64,000 nucleotides of DNA from Chrysomallon squamiferum. Taxonomy: Eukaryota; Animalia; Mollusca. Each line of letters opens with the position of its first letter. Within the stretch, counting starts at the first letter, position 1. Positions 37,562 to 51,084 of the stretch are shown here, piece after piece. Where the stretch lies: contig CM022666.1 of assembly GCA_012295275.1 (NCBI GenBank), positions 9,176,001-9,240,000 on the forward strand. The letters are read 5' to 3'. The notes below the pieces were generated by a model. That model was not told the DNA's origin, searched no databases, and was given only the letters and a program-made list of their open reading frames with translations. The position numbers and the translations under genes were made by a program.

Positions 37562-40500
37562 TAACTACACTCTGCACTTGCACATGACACTTCAACTAAA
37601 TCTACAGATGTCACTTCAACTGAATTTACATGTGTTACTTCAGCTGATTCTATAGTTATGAGCTGATTCTACAGTTTTCACAATTCTAATCTTATCACAT
37701 CTGTCTTTAAACCAATCAAATGTAATTACATTTGTGACAACTTTTGATTGTAGATTCTACAGTGACAAACCTCTTTCACCATTTTAGTGCTTCTCTCAAT
37801 TTTTACTCCTAAAAACCTCATTCTGTGTGTGACATCATCCAGTTCCTTCTGATGTTCTGCTGATTAATTACAAAGAACATCTGAAATGTTTTTTAATAAG
37901 AGTAACACAAATGACTGTCTGATTCTATTGTATCAGAATATTTTTAATCTTTCCTTCCAGTCGTGGTTTTTTTTTTCCTCACACCATATAGCAAACATTC
38001 CAGTGATGTTTGGTGTGTAAACATCTTCAGTTGTTGTTTTCTACAAACTGATTTTTACTGTCAGGTATTATCAAGTGTATATTTTGGAAACCTGTTTAGG
38101 CTCAAACTTTAGTAAAAAGATTTAATATTTTTGGCTCATATTGAAGATTTTTATATAACATTCCTTTACAATGTCATTGTTATGTTATTATTAATGTGTT
38201 TTTTTCTATACAAATATATATATATATATATATATATACGTTAATTTTAGTTTCACCTATAAACACTTTATACAAGTTTTCATGCTCAGTTTTTGTTCAT
38301 TTTGTAATTATTATTATTATTACTATTTTTTTTTTTTTTTTTTTTTTTATGGTCATTTGGATTTTATCAGTTTATATTATAAAATTTTAAAATTTTATTT
38401 ATTAAAACTATTCAGTGAAAAAGAATTTTAATGATCAAATAGAGCAAATATATTCAGAGGTAAGATATCTTATATGATCTAGCTCTAAATAAAATATATT
38501 GGAAAATTATATAAATTATTCATTATTCATTTTCGTATTATTATTATTATTTTTATTTATTTATTTATTTTTTAACTAAATGTTACACTTAGTTGTTTTA
38601 CTTTCTACACAAAACTTTGTTCATTATGGGAAAACATTTTCTGCTTAACATACACATCCTTCTCGTTTTGTTCTTATGTTATTTTCTAGAAAAACCTATT
38701 TGATTTTACTGTATAGTTTATCTTATACAGCCTTTGGGATGAGTCTATATTTTATATGCAAATCATGTGTTCAAATTCTATAAATATATATATTCCTTTA
38801 TCACCAATATAATGTGTGTGCACATATATGCATGTGTAAGTATGTTAGAAAGCAATAAATGTATTATGCATTATTATTATTGTTATTCCAGTAAATTTCT
38901 TTTTACAGTTTATAATTAGATAAATGTTAGAACTGGTCAGTTGTATATTTGCTTATGTAGGTTTTATTTTATTTCTATCTTTTATCAGTGACATTGAGGC
39001 TAAACTGTATTATTTGTTAACAATTTTTATCAAAAAAAAAAGTATTCAGTTTGTGTTATAAGACAGTTTATAGACAGGTTTGGATATCAAATCAAATTCA
39101 GTAGATGTTCAAGTACTAAAACGATTGCATTACTACTTCAAAAACAGAAAACGTAATTCCTTAAATGTTGAGGCTTTTTACTTTTTATAAATCTAATACA
39201 TTTATGTTTATATTATCTGAAAAATTCACTGTTATTCTTTTTTTTAACAATATTGTACATTTCATGTAGATGTTGAAAAGTTTTACATTTACATAACTTT
39301 AAGCAGTATTGTACAGTTCACTTTTTTATGTGTACAGTTCCTGTTTTTTTATTCATTCATTTATTTCTTCTTTTTTTTTTTGTTATTGTTATTATTTGTT
39401 TGTTTATTTATTTATTGTTTATTTATTGATTTATTAATTGATTGATTGTTCAGTGTCCTTTCATACAATATTTCTTACATTTTCATATATTTTCATGTGC
39501 AAAAACGTCCACTGTTTAATCTTCATAAAGGCCGAACAAAAATTATTCTGTGATTATTTTTACTCATATTTAAGAATGTTAATATTCTCTGCACGTTTTA
39601 TTACTATGGTTGTGTGTATTCCTGTGTCTTATGCCGTAGAAGAAGAATATAAGAGAAAAAATCAAAAATGCAATATTAATGAAAATAAAGCAAAATGTTA
39701 TTGATGTAAAACAATATAAATATAGCTATAGCTGCTTTTATTGATTCAGTTAATACAATCTTGTCAGTTTATTAACGTATTATTGTAGCTAAGTAATGCA
39801 TGGTTATTAGTTTTGAGAGAAAAGTTCACCATCAAAAGAAGCAGGTTATTAGAATTTAGATTTTTCTTCAGTTTGTGTGTGCATTGTATATAAAACAAAG
39901 GTTAACACAACTGTGATCTGATGCGTTGTTTTGTTCACATAATTGGTTCAGTGATTGATTCCATATTCTTTTAACTTGTTTATTTTTTGAAATAATTGAA
40001 GTAGTAGTAGTAGCAGTAGCATTAGATCTAGTAGTCCTAGCATTATTACTGCTACTTCTACCACTATTACATTATCAATACTGAAATGATGTATCAACAG
40101 GTTATGAAGAAATAAATGTTAGTACTTCCAGTTATACACGTTTTGTTGTTTTTTATGTTCTTGTACAGAATGAATTGATTCATGGTTAAATGACGACCTT
40201 TATGTTAAACGTATTAGCTGTCACACACACAGAAAGAGAGAAGAGAGAGAGAGAGATCTTCAAACACTAACTAGTTATTTATATTGAAATCATAACTGTT
40301 TTACTACACAAAAAGAAGTCCTAAATAATAAAAATGTATTTGTGATGTTTTCAATGAAAACCGTTTTAATAAGATTTTTTGGTGATCTAAACCATCAATT
40401 AAACATTAAAGAAATAATATCCATCTTTCTATCTATCTAGGAAGACACACAGATAGATAGACAGACAAACGGATATAACATGATTTATGTAAGTAAATTG

Positions 40501-40874
40501 TGTTCATTCAGAAAAAATCTATTTTGGTCAGTGGCCAATATAGAAACGTATCTAGTCATCATATCATGCAATTACATACATTGATGGCATTATATAGATG
40601 TTATATACTGGATATTTGAGGAACATAACCAAACATTATTACTGTGAACTACTTTTACCTGTTAGCCTTAAAAACAGGCATTCTTTGAAACATCAGTCGT
40701 AAAATATTTGAATAAAATTTGTTTAATAGATATAACACAAATGATATTATAAAAATATTGACGTAATATTATTACGGTATAATTTTTTTTTTTACTCTTT
40801 AAGATGTCTGCATTATAAATATATTAGAAACTGATGAGAACATTTTTCCCCGGCATTTAGAAGACGTAGGAATC

Positions 40875-40884
40875 GCGCATGCGC
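40875..40884. promoter_or_regulatory. NRF1-type palindrome GCGCATGCGC upstream of the GPCR gene
   Basis: Perfect 10-bp consensus in a CpG-containing patch about 920 bp upstream of the ATG at 41803; function untested. Confidence 0.4.
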
Positions 40885-41802
40885 CCATACATCGGTAACT
40901 CAGAAAATGTCTCTTGTCGTCAAATACAGATGTTTCGTGCCAGTATTTAATGAAAAATGAACAAAAATGAAAGTATCTGTAACAGCTTCAATATGATATA
41001 CCATGTACTAACTCTGTTTTATTGATATATTCAAATAAAACTCAATATTTAGATAATGTTTTTCTGTTTTATGATGTCGTTATTTTCTCAATTATCTTAC
41101 ATGATTGAATTTTGATGTTTTCGTGGACAGATTGTACACCTGAGATCATGTTTGAAGTATTACGTAGTAACTCCGCTTTTTAACGAGCCAGACAAATAAA
41201 CAGTTAGTTTAGGTAAGCAAATAAGAGGCACTTGTTATAGTGAATTTAAAAGATGAAATGTATTTTAAGAATAACATCGGTGAGAGCACATCTTACATCT
41301 ACAAGAAAGTCATAAATGCCATCTGCGTAGTTGAAACCATTTCTAGGCAACAGAAAATAATCGAGACTTTTTATTATATTTTTTATGATAATTAAACATA
41401 CATAGGTTACTATATAAGCTTTTTTAGATTGTCACAGCACTGGAAATTCGAAGGAATCAATGCTGAGCGGGAAAAAAAAAAAAATAACTGTTAGTAATTG
41501 AACGCGTAAGAAATAGGATAGAGCATAAAAATTCAAGTGCAACATCTTAAATTTAAACAGTGGATTTTTATTTAATTTTATTTATATATCTTTGTAATGT
41601 AATAATTACATTTCAGAACAAAAAAAAAGGTTTTAATTTATTTATTATTATTTTTTAAATACTTCTGTTATAAATTTATAATTTTGTACTGAGTAAAATG
41701 CATCCATGCAAATATTAATAAAAGAATAAATGAAAAAGCGACTGCTATAATACATTTTTTAAATATTATTATTGAAAAGAAAAGTTTAGAGAACTTCAAA
41801 AT

Positions 41803-43986
41803 ATGAAAAGTATTTATCACATATATAGACTGATTATTTCGCTGTTACTGTTTCAAACTGTCAGCTTAAAATTGTACATTCCTGGACTTCCACAAAAAAG
41901 ATACATACAACGAGGGGACATAAATCTCGGTGTCGTTTTATCTATCTATCACTACAGTGCCAGTGAACCATGTGGCGACTCTCTACGAGGTCGTATTATA
42001 ATGCAGTACTTAGAAGCCATCGTTTATGCCATACAACGTGTTAACAACGACAGCAACATCCTTCCCAACATTACTCTGGGTTTTGTCATTCTTGACGACT
42101 GTTTGAAGGAATCCACAACAGCTGTACAGGTTATCTCTTTTGTACCAAATGTTGGAGACAATGTTTGTAACGGAACCCATGTCACTAACGACATCATAGA
42201 ATCATATGACGTTGTCGGCGTTATTGGATCACTGAAAAGTTCTTCTTCAGTTGCAGCAGCAACAATTCTTGGCCCAGCTCATATTCCTCAGGTTTGTGTC
42301 AAAACTGTAATACCCAAATTCTATTATTATTATTTTGTTCTTGTTTTTGTTTTTGTTTTTTTCTTTTTTAGTTTTCATTCGTAAAAGAAAAAAATGAACG
42401 TGCAGAGCAAGCTGTTGTGTAGACACGTTTGTATGTTTTATTTTTACCGCCAATTTCTCAACTCCATGGAGTTGTTTTAAAAGTGCTGACTTTTGGTAAT
42501 TAAAAGAGAGAAGTAAAAAGCCAAAAACAATAGCAAAAAGTGATATTTTTCAGTCAGACGGAGAACCAGCGTTTTTGAATGGCATTGCCTTTACGGAAGA
42601 GTATGGTAAGCCATTGTCTGTTCTTATTTGGTAGGGTGTAATGTGTAATTAACCTGTCAGTAACATTTCATTTACATACATTTTTAATTGTTTAATCTGC
42701 CCTCCGTGAAGATTCTTATTTTACCTTAGTTCCCCGTATGACCTTACTCGTAGCTCCTATTATCATTAGACAAAGTTATTTAAATACAGTGGTATCTTGA
42801 CTTAGGAGTTTAGTTCTTTCCGTGACAGAGCTCGTAACTCAGTTTTCTCATATATCAAATCAATTTTCCCAATGAAATTAATTGAAATACCATTAATTCG
42901 TTCCAGCTCCCCAAAAAACCACTTCATGTTTTTGTTACGTGTTTTTAAATAAGAAAAATGTATTTATAAATGACAAATATTGTATAAAACAAATAAAAGT
43001 GAGTGTAAAGAAATAAACAGGTTTTTTAAAGTGAATTTATCTTGGAGATCAGACTTGGACTAACTGAATATGCTGGCTGTGGTGGAGGAAATTGGAGAAG
43101 TTCGTTTTCAACATATCCTAGAATGACTACGCTCGTACTGTATAGCCAAGTCGACTCACGTAAACCTAGTCTTTCATAGGCTTCTTCTTCTCAGCACTGT
43201 CCTGTGCACTCACTTTCTTATGTCCATGGTCAGAAAAAAAAAAATTTGGCAAAATATTGTACAAAACGCAAGCACAACACAACAGAGATGGTTCAACGGC
43301 GAGGTAACCACGTGAAGTAAACGAGCGAGACGCGGGATGCTGGGCAGATGTTGTATTGTTCGTTGCGCCAACTAGCGGCGGCATATCTGAAGCGAGCTGG
43401 TAACTCGGATTTTGGCTCGCAACTCAAAGGAAAACTTGTAAGTTAGTGCACTCCCTGTCAAGGTTCCACAATATATGGTTGATCGATTTTGTTATTATGA
43501 ATTCACATTTGTATCATAATTAAATAATTATCTTGTACCATAACTTGCGTTTATTTCTCTAGAGGATTGATAAAATTATTGATTTATATAGACTACTGTC
43601 AATTTAGCTTTTAAATTCCTTGTTTGGTGGCCATTAAAGCATCCTTTTAACCTAGACCGAGGCTTAATGAAACATCCAAGATATGGTGCCCCATGACAAA
43701 CGCATAATTATATAAATAATATCAAGAAACAAACGTTTTTGCTAACACACATAAATACACACACATATATATAATCTAGTTAGACTTTCTTTTCACGTAA
43801 TCATAATATACATATTTAAAGAGGCATATTAGTTATAATGCCAACTTGGATGAAGTCTAGAGGTCCTTCAGTCTATTTCTTTCTTTCTTTCATTATTTAT
43901 TTTTTTCCTTGTGTTGTGGGGTGAAAGACTGAAGTATTGAAATATTTGAAAGCCTGTGGACCCAGCCTTGTTCTCTTAATACGAAA

Positions 43987-44022
<36 letters not shown>

Positions 44023-45722
44023 ACACACAAAATTTGCAAAATCTTTATAATAATAATAATAATATGATGATGATGATATTAAGTTTCTTTCTTTTGTTTC
44101 AGATAAGTTTTTCATCAACAAGTGATGAACTGAGTAATAAATTGTTATACCCTTACTTCCTGAGAGTTGTCCCCTCCGACGAGATTCAAACGGCGGCCAT
44201 GGTTGCTCTTATTCAGTATTATGGCTGGAACTATATTTCTGTAGTATACTCTGCCGGAAGTTACGGCGACCTGGGATACAGAAATCTAAAACGTCATGCC
44301 GGAGAAATTGGAATTTGTATAGCCTCAGCTCAAAAAGTTGATATCGAAGAAATGGACGATCGCTACGATGACGTAGTTAAAATTCTTGTTGAACACATCA
44401 AAGCCAGAGTTGTCGTCATATTCGGAGGACCAGACCATGCTAGAAATCTGTTCGCGGCAGTGAAACGCCTAAATCCAAGAAAGACAGTTTATATGGATCG
44501 GCAGCGATGGCTGGGGAAGCAGAATTGCTAATATTGGAGATTTGTGGGAAGTCGCTCTCGGCGCTTTCACCTTCGATTTTTATTCAAAAAATAATCCTGA
44601 ATTTGAAAGGTGGTTTACAGCCAAACGCCCACTAATTGAGAAAAATCCATGGTTTAAAGAGTTCTGGGAAAATCATTTTAAATGTTCTTTTTCTTCCACC
44701 CCTCCCACATGTAACGACACCGACGTGTTATCAGGTGATAATGGTTTCAAACCCGAAGCTACGGTAACAACAGGAATGGACGCTGTGTACACTTTTGCAA
44801 ATGCTTTAGACAGACTTGTGAAAGACCGCTGTTTGAACACTTCTGTGTCTAATATACGCCGCTGCATTGAAGGGTCAGAACTTTTGGAATATCTCAAGAC
44901 AACGGGTTTTGAGACAGATAACGGTTATATATCTTTCGACAAGAATGGCAACCTTCTGGGCAAACACATCATAGAACAGCTGGTGAAAGACAGTTCTTAC
45001 AGGAAGATGATAATTGGTGTTTACGATTCTAAGGCGATGGCGATCACCTTTTCAAATAACGCCACCTGGCGATATCTTAAATGGACAGAAGCTTATGTTG
45101 CTACACCAGAAATCGTTTGCAGCAGACCGTGTAATGCTGGAGAGTTCCGTATTCCGAAGCGGTTGAGCTGTTGTTGGTCGTGCAGATCATGTCGTCCAAA
45201 CGAAATCATCATCAGTAACGGCACTGACTGCGCTAGCTGTGAAACGTTTTACTGGCCTGATGAGGTATCGAACTTCACGACGTGTTCTAGAATTCCAGCC
45301 AAATATATCATGTGGTCAGACTTAATCGGAGCATTTCTGCTCTCGGCGTCTATTGTGGGGATCTTTGGAACAGTGTTTGTGTTGTGGTTCTACGTGAATA
45401 ACAACTCTGCCAGGTGTATCAAAGCTTCCAGCAGAGAACTCAGTTACTTAATGCTTGCAGGAATATTTCTTGGCTATCTTACAGCAGCAGGTCTGATGAT
45501 GCCACCTACGGACATGTCCTGCATGGTCAACATGTTTTTATTTAGTCTCTGCTGCTGCTGGGTGTACGCGCCACTTGTTACAAGAACTGTTCGGATTTAT
45601 CGAATCTTTGAGACAGGCAAGACATCTAATCAGAGGCCACCTTTCATCAGCTCCAAGGCGCAGTTTTTAAGTGCGAGTTGTTTAATAGCAGTACAAGTAA
45701 GTAATAGTGAAGCAGTATTTAC

Positions 45723-45770
<48 letters not shown>

Positions 45771-48700
45771 GTAACAACAAAGCAGCAGCAGCAGCAGCAA
45801 CAGCAGCAACAACAACAACAATAATGTTATTAATTTAGGGCAGCCTTAAATAGCTAAACACTTTTCGAAATTTTTCAACGATTTGATCTTTGGACGCTAG
45901 TATGCACACACACACACACACACACACGCATATTCATATTTATTTAAAATTATTGTTATTTTTATTTCATTTTATTATTATTATTATTATTTCATTTCTG
46001 TGATCATCTTTGTAGCGGGGAACATTAGCTGGTTCGTTTTAAATTAAGGAAATGAATAAGAAAAACATATATTTTTTGTTTTGTGTTTATAAACTTGCTG
46101 ATAACTTTAACAGCAGACTATGGCATTACGCGCGTTCTGTTATACCCCTCAATTTAAACAAGCGAAAAATTTAACAAGCCAGTGCCAGACGAACCAGTAC
46201 CGTGGTGATTAAAATTTAATAAACTGTCTAGAACAGTAAATGTGAGCTGTTGTAATTTACATAGCATCTTTTATATTTGCACTAAGAACAAATCCTGGCA
46301 AAATTGGGCAAAAATATGTCTTTATTTAAATTTACGACGACCACCAGTCTATATAAATTCCTATTACGTAATAAGATAGCATAGCTAATGGCCGCTAGGG
46401 GTGCTCGCTATCAATATTTTTATTTATTATTATTATTTTTTTTCTTCAGAAATAGAGAATTCCCGACCTCAAAATGTCCCGCTTATTTACTCTTTTGTTT
46501 AAAAGCAGAGTGAAATCAAATATTAGTTTATTCTGTTAGGGGAATTTCTTATAAAGTCGTAACGGAAGATCTGAAAATAAATTGAAACAGAGAAACTGGT
46601 AAAAATGACAACTGAATGTTAGGAAAAAATCGAAAAAATGAAACTGGTCGTTTACGCTGAATATATATATTTTAACTGGCACATTTAGAGCTATTTTCTT
46701 TCATATTCTCCCATGTGTTTGACAAATAACCTCCGTATTTATTGTTTAATAACCATCAGAAATATTACCAATTCAGGAGCGACAACTCTTACTGAGGAAA
46801 AAAGTCTCACGTTCATATATCAATTGAAACAGGCCGAAAACATAATACTTAATTCAGTAAATCTTCCTCTGTTAATGTCTTTATAAAGAGACTTTACTGA
46901 ATAGGCAGTGCAAATATGATAAAGATATCTCTTGAAATAAGGTTTTTATGACATAAAGTTGACTTTCTAAAAAAATTTTTAAAATACTTACATTAGCATG
47001 GACCAACAGGAATGATAACACGTAACGACACAAATTACGTCTCAAGAAATTTCACCGATTTAATGGGTACAAACAACCCCTAAATGTTCTTTTCTACTGA
47101 TTCTGACAGGGGGAACACTGACAACTATTAAAATTAATCTTATTCCAAATTATAATTTCAGTTTATTATGCACGCGTTTACACAAAAATAATCCAGTTTG
47201 AAAAGTTTGATTAAGTTGAAAAATTAGTTAGAAAAAGCGCAAGACATCATAGTTTGGTAATATAAACAACCATCCTTACCTTTATCATTGTAAATCATAA
47301 AAGGTTCTGAAAAACGGACGTAAAATAATTTAATTTGGAATTTTAAAATGTCCGTGAGCTAACGGAAATTTCCGATCGAAATCCAATATGGCAGCGTCGA
47401 ACGCCGATTAGTGTTTACAAACTTTTAAATACGTATGCCTTAATAATGCAATCAATTCTACATTTATTATTAAAAGTAATTTGGGGAAATATGTCATTTA
47501 ATCAATGCCTCTCTACATAGATGTCTGTTATTGAGTAGAAATTTCTGCAAAAGTCGAAACCTTTTGTTTTTTGTTTTTTTTTGGTAACGTTGACTTCATA
47601 CCATATCGTACACGTTTCGTACTATATATATATATATATATTTTTTTTTTTCAGATATTATTTAGAAGTCGCCAGCCAAAAAAAAAAAAAAAAAATATAT
47701 ATAAATAAAGTAAAAATAAAATAAATAATTTTCACAGACACTGGCGCGTGAATATGAAGATAACTATTCTGATTAGGGACCATAATGTGGACACGTTACT
47801 CTGCTAAAACTCCATAGCATACAGTTCTGAGTACGAAGTCATAAAACGATACTTGAAACTATTATAATTTTTATATATATATATATATATTTATTTATTT
47901 CCATTTTCAATGCAATAGAGGTATGTGCATGTAAAAACCAAATTGATCACGTGTTATTTGAATGATTGCCTTGATACATTCATTATAAAGCTTGAATCAG
48001 TTTTACAACAGAAAATATTTTGAAAAAATTAAAGTTCCGTCAACCGGCCTTATAAAAATGTTTTATTAAAAAATAAAATGTACTTTTTTTCATTAAAACA
48101 GAAAGCATTCAACTTGTAAAACATGTACTATTATCTATGCAAACAATCAGTTTCCTATTTTTATTTTTAAAAAATCAATGGCCCATGTTACATTCGCTGT
48201 GTGAATTTTTGACAACTTTGAATGGTTTTAGATATTTTCAAACTTTATTTTGTGTTTTTCATCTGGGACTGAATGTCTTTCCATTATATAATTACTTCTT
48301 TATCTGACAATAATAATAATTTTCAAAATGCGTTAGAGAATTATAATAACTTAGTTTATTTACTTTGCAGGTTTTTATTAGTACATACGTCGTGATTTTT
48401 CATCGTCCAAACGCTCGATACGTCATGCCTGTTGTCACAAAACGCTACGTTGAGCTTAGTTGTCATCTTGACCTGGTTGGCTGGCTCTCGTTCCTCGTTT
48501 ACAACATCATGCTCATTGTCTCCTGTTCGTTCTTCGCCTTCAAGACTCGGAAGCTTCCGGACAACTTCAACGAGTCTCGATTTATCACTATGTGTGTGTA
48601 CACGACTCTCATTATATGGATGGCCTTCATCCCTGCCTATTTCACTGCTGGGCGAGAATTTCTTAAACCAGTCCTGTTGTCCGTTGCTTTGCTTCTTAAC

Positions 48701-48922
48701 GATACAGTGGCGATATTGTTCCTTTACTTACCAAAAATGTACGCTACTTGGTACGTAACACAGAACTCTATCAGAGGACATAATCCAGGATCGACACACT
48801 TTTCCTTCAACTCGGCAGTAGCAGCAGCGTCAGCAGACACTCGATGCATTTCGCTGGAAGAAACTACTGAACAGCAGTCAAAGAAACTATTTGTAATATC
48901 CACGACAGTTAAAAAGGAATGA
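41803..48922 (+). CDS. Class C GPCR, metabotropic glutamate receptor-like (Venus flytrap, Cys-rich, 7TM); frameshifted as given
   Basis: Exons 41803-42291 (signal peptide, GDINLG, ILPNITLGFVILDDC), 44103-45696 (ISFSSTSDELSNKLLYPYFLRVVPSD, IWIGSDGWG, NPWFKEFWE, CSRPC...CCWSC, IKASSRELSY, RIYRIF) and 48371-48922 (FKTRKLPDNFNESRFI, YTTLIIWMAFIP, LYLPKMY). One extra base near 44481 breaks the frame; corrected length is about 877 aa. Confidence 0.9.
42787..43471. mobile_element. Tc1/mariner (Tigger/pogo-like) MITE in GPCR intron 1
   Basis: TA-flanked imperfect TIRs CAGTGGTATCTTGACTTAGGAGT / ACTCCCTGTCAAGGTTCCACAA; subterminal ctcgtaactc motifs at both ends. Confidence 0.7.
45724..45825. repeat. 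Compound (TAA)n-(CAG)n-(CAA)n microsatellite
   Basis: Directly visible just after the GPCR exon 2 donor. Confidence 0.9.
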
Positions 48923-49005
48923 AACACAAATAATAAATAAATATAATAATGCAGGTTACTCGGGAATTTAACGTCTTTTATTATGTATTAATTTTGTCCA
49001 CTACC

Positions 49006-49392
49006 TTGCTTCTTAACGATACAGTGGCCATTAAGCAATTGAATCGGGAATTTAACGTCTTTTATTTATTTATTAATGTTGTCCGTTTCTTTGCTTCTTA
49101 ACGATAAAGTGGCCATAACTGTTCTTTTACTTACCGAAAATGTAAGCTACTTGCTACGCAACAGAACTCTTTAAGGGGACATAATCCAGGAAAGACACTT
49201 TTCCTTCAATTCGCCTTAAGAAGTAACATCAGCAGACACTCGATACGTTTCGCTGGAAGAAACTCCAGACCAGCAGTCAAAGAAACTATTTCTAATATCC
49301 ACGACAGTTAAAAAGGAATTAAACACAAATAATAAATAAATAAAATAATGCAGGTGACTCGGGAATTTAAGGTCTTTTTATTTATTAATTTT
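49006..49392 (+). pseudogene. Degenerate tandem copy of the GPCR TM7/C-tail/3'UTR segment (source about 48689-49000)
   Basis: ttgcttcttaacgata.agtggc...ggacataatccagga...cagcagtcaaagaaactattt.taatatccacgacagttaaaaaggaat repeated with indels and a TAC>TAA change; short partial copies at 49006-49085. Confidence 0.85.
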
Positions 49393-51048
49393 CTTTCTTG
49401 CTTTCTTTATTATTATTATTATTTGCTAAAACAGTGAGGGCACCCATACAACACAGTGATATTCCAGCATCAGTACTAGTAGTTGCAGGTGGAAGAGGAG
49501 TAATTGTTATATATATCTGTATCGTATATAAATTTTGGTTAGTTTTTTAAAATGTGACCTGTATTCTACAAAGGTTAGAAAGCTGAGGTGTATTCAGTAA
49601 TTGACTTGAGAAGGGTAAAGCTGATATTTTAAAACAATAACCAATCATTTCTTTTATCCTGCAATCATCAATAAATAAATAAATATATAAATAAATAAAT
49701 AAATGTTGTTCTCAAGAATATTAGATAATAACTGGCATTTAAAAATATCTGGTTGCCATCACTATTCTACAGTTGTGATGTCATAGCATAGAGAAAGAAC
49801 AATTCTCTATATTTTTTCTCATGTTATCAGAAAATGACAGAATTCACAAATATCAAGTTAGTATTGCTTTATATTTTGTTTACTTTATTTGTATTGCTAT
49901 TTTTCTGATGTGCATATCTCGATAAACCTTATATATTACATGTATTCAGATGATAAAAATTAAACTCTCAGATGGACATTTCTACATAGAAGTATATTTA
50001 GTTACATTATCAGATGTACTACTTCACTGAACTAAATAGTTAAATATCTTAATACAGAACTTTGCAATGAGTAAACTAACACAAGGCCAGACTGGCAGAG
50101 AAGTTTTATTGTTGTTTTATGTCAAGTAACATATTAAATAAAATATTTGTTTTTAAATGTTGAAAAACATTTAGATGCTTTCAAAAGAGGGTAACTTACT
50201 GTTGTAAATACATTTATATACATTACCTGTTTCACTGATTTTTAAAAATGAATATGAATTAGCTTTGGCCTCAAAAAAAAATAAATAAATAAATAAATAA
50301 ATAAAAAAATAAAAAATAAATAAAATAAGTAACAGCATCCTCCTCACAGACTCCATTAACTCTGTTGAGCCTTCCTGTATTTGAGGTTTTCTGATAAATG
50401 ATGTTTGTTTTCACTTTCAGATATGTTTTCAAGTGTTTTCTATAGTAATACCTTGCCAGATTTTATCAAAATTATCAATATTCAACAATTATTATATAGA
50501 CTGTCATTTTGTACTTTTCTGTTAGACAAAAATTTTATTAAACACAGATGATAAAGTTTATAAAAAAACAAAAATACTACGAGTATTTCATTTCTTGTTA
50601 TTTATTGACATAATGGCAACATAAGATACAACAGAAAAATGATTATGAAACCAAACCAAGGATTATGTTAACAGAGAACCGTCAGAGGTTAGCAAACTTA
50701 GTGTAACAATCTCACACTTGTTACATAATTTACACATGTATGTAACATCTCACCTATGTTACATCATTTATATGTGTATGTAACAAATTAACACCTATTG
50801 TTTTATACAATTTATACCTGTATGTAATAAACTCACATCTAAGTTATGTGTGTCTGGATGTACCTGAGGTATCTATCTATAGCTGTAACATATTTGTGTA
50901 TTCAGTATCTGGTGTATACTACAGCAGTAGATAACTGGGCAATACATGCAACAACAAATTTTTGTGTTATATAATAATTTTCATTTATTACAGTAACCAT
51001 TTTTTTGTGCTTTACATGCAACAGTTCTCAAAATTTGTACTGACTGGA

Positions 51049-51084
<36 letters not shown>

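Noticed and set aside
44542-45726. 394-aa ORF as a separate gene
   Set aside because: It is the downstream part of GPCR exon 2 after the frameshift near 44481.
47385-47408. aatatggcagcgtcgaacgccga resembles the ATG16L1 start aatatggcgtcgaacaccga
   Set aside because: Match is only about 20 nt, centres on a common YY1-like ATGGC motif and does not extend.
45836-47445. Possible DNA transposon or Helitron in GPCR intron 2 (CpG-rich, ends like gccttaa)
   Set aside because: No matching terminal inverted repeats, TSD or clear Helitron terminus could be paired by eye.
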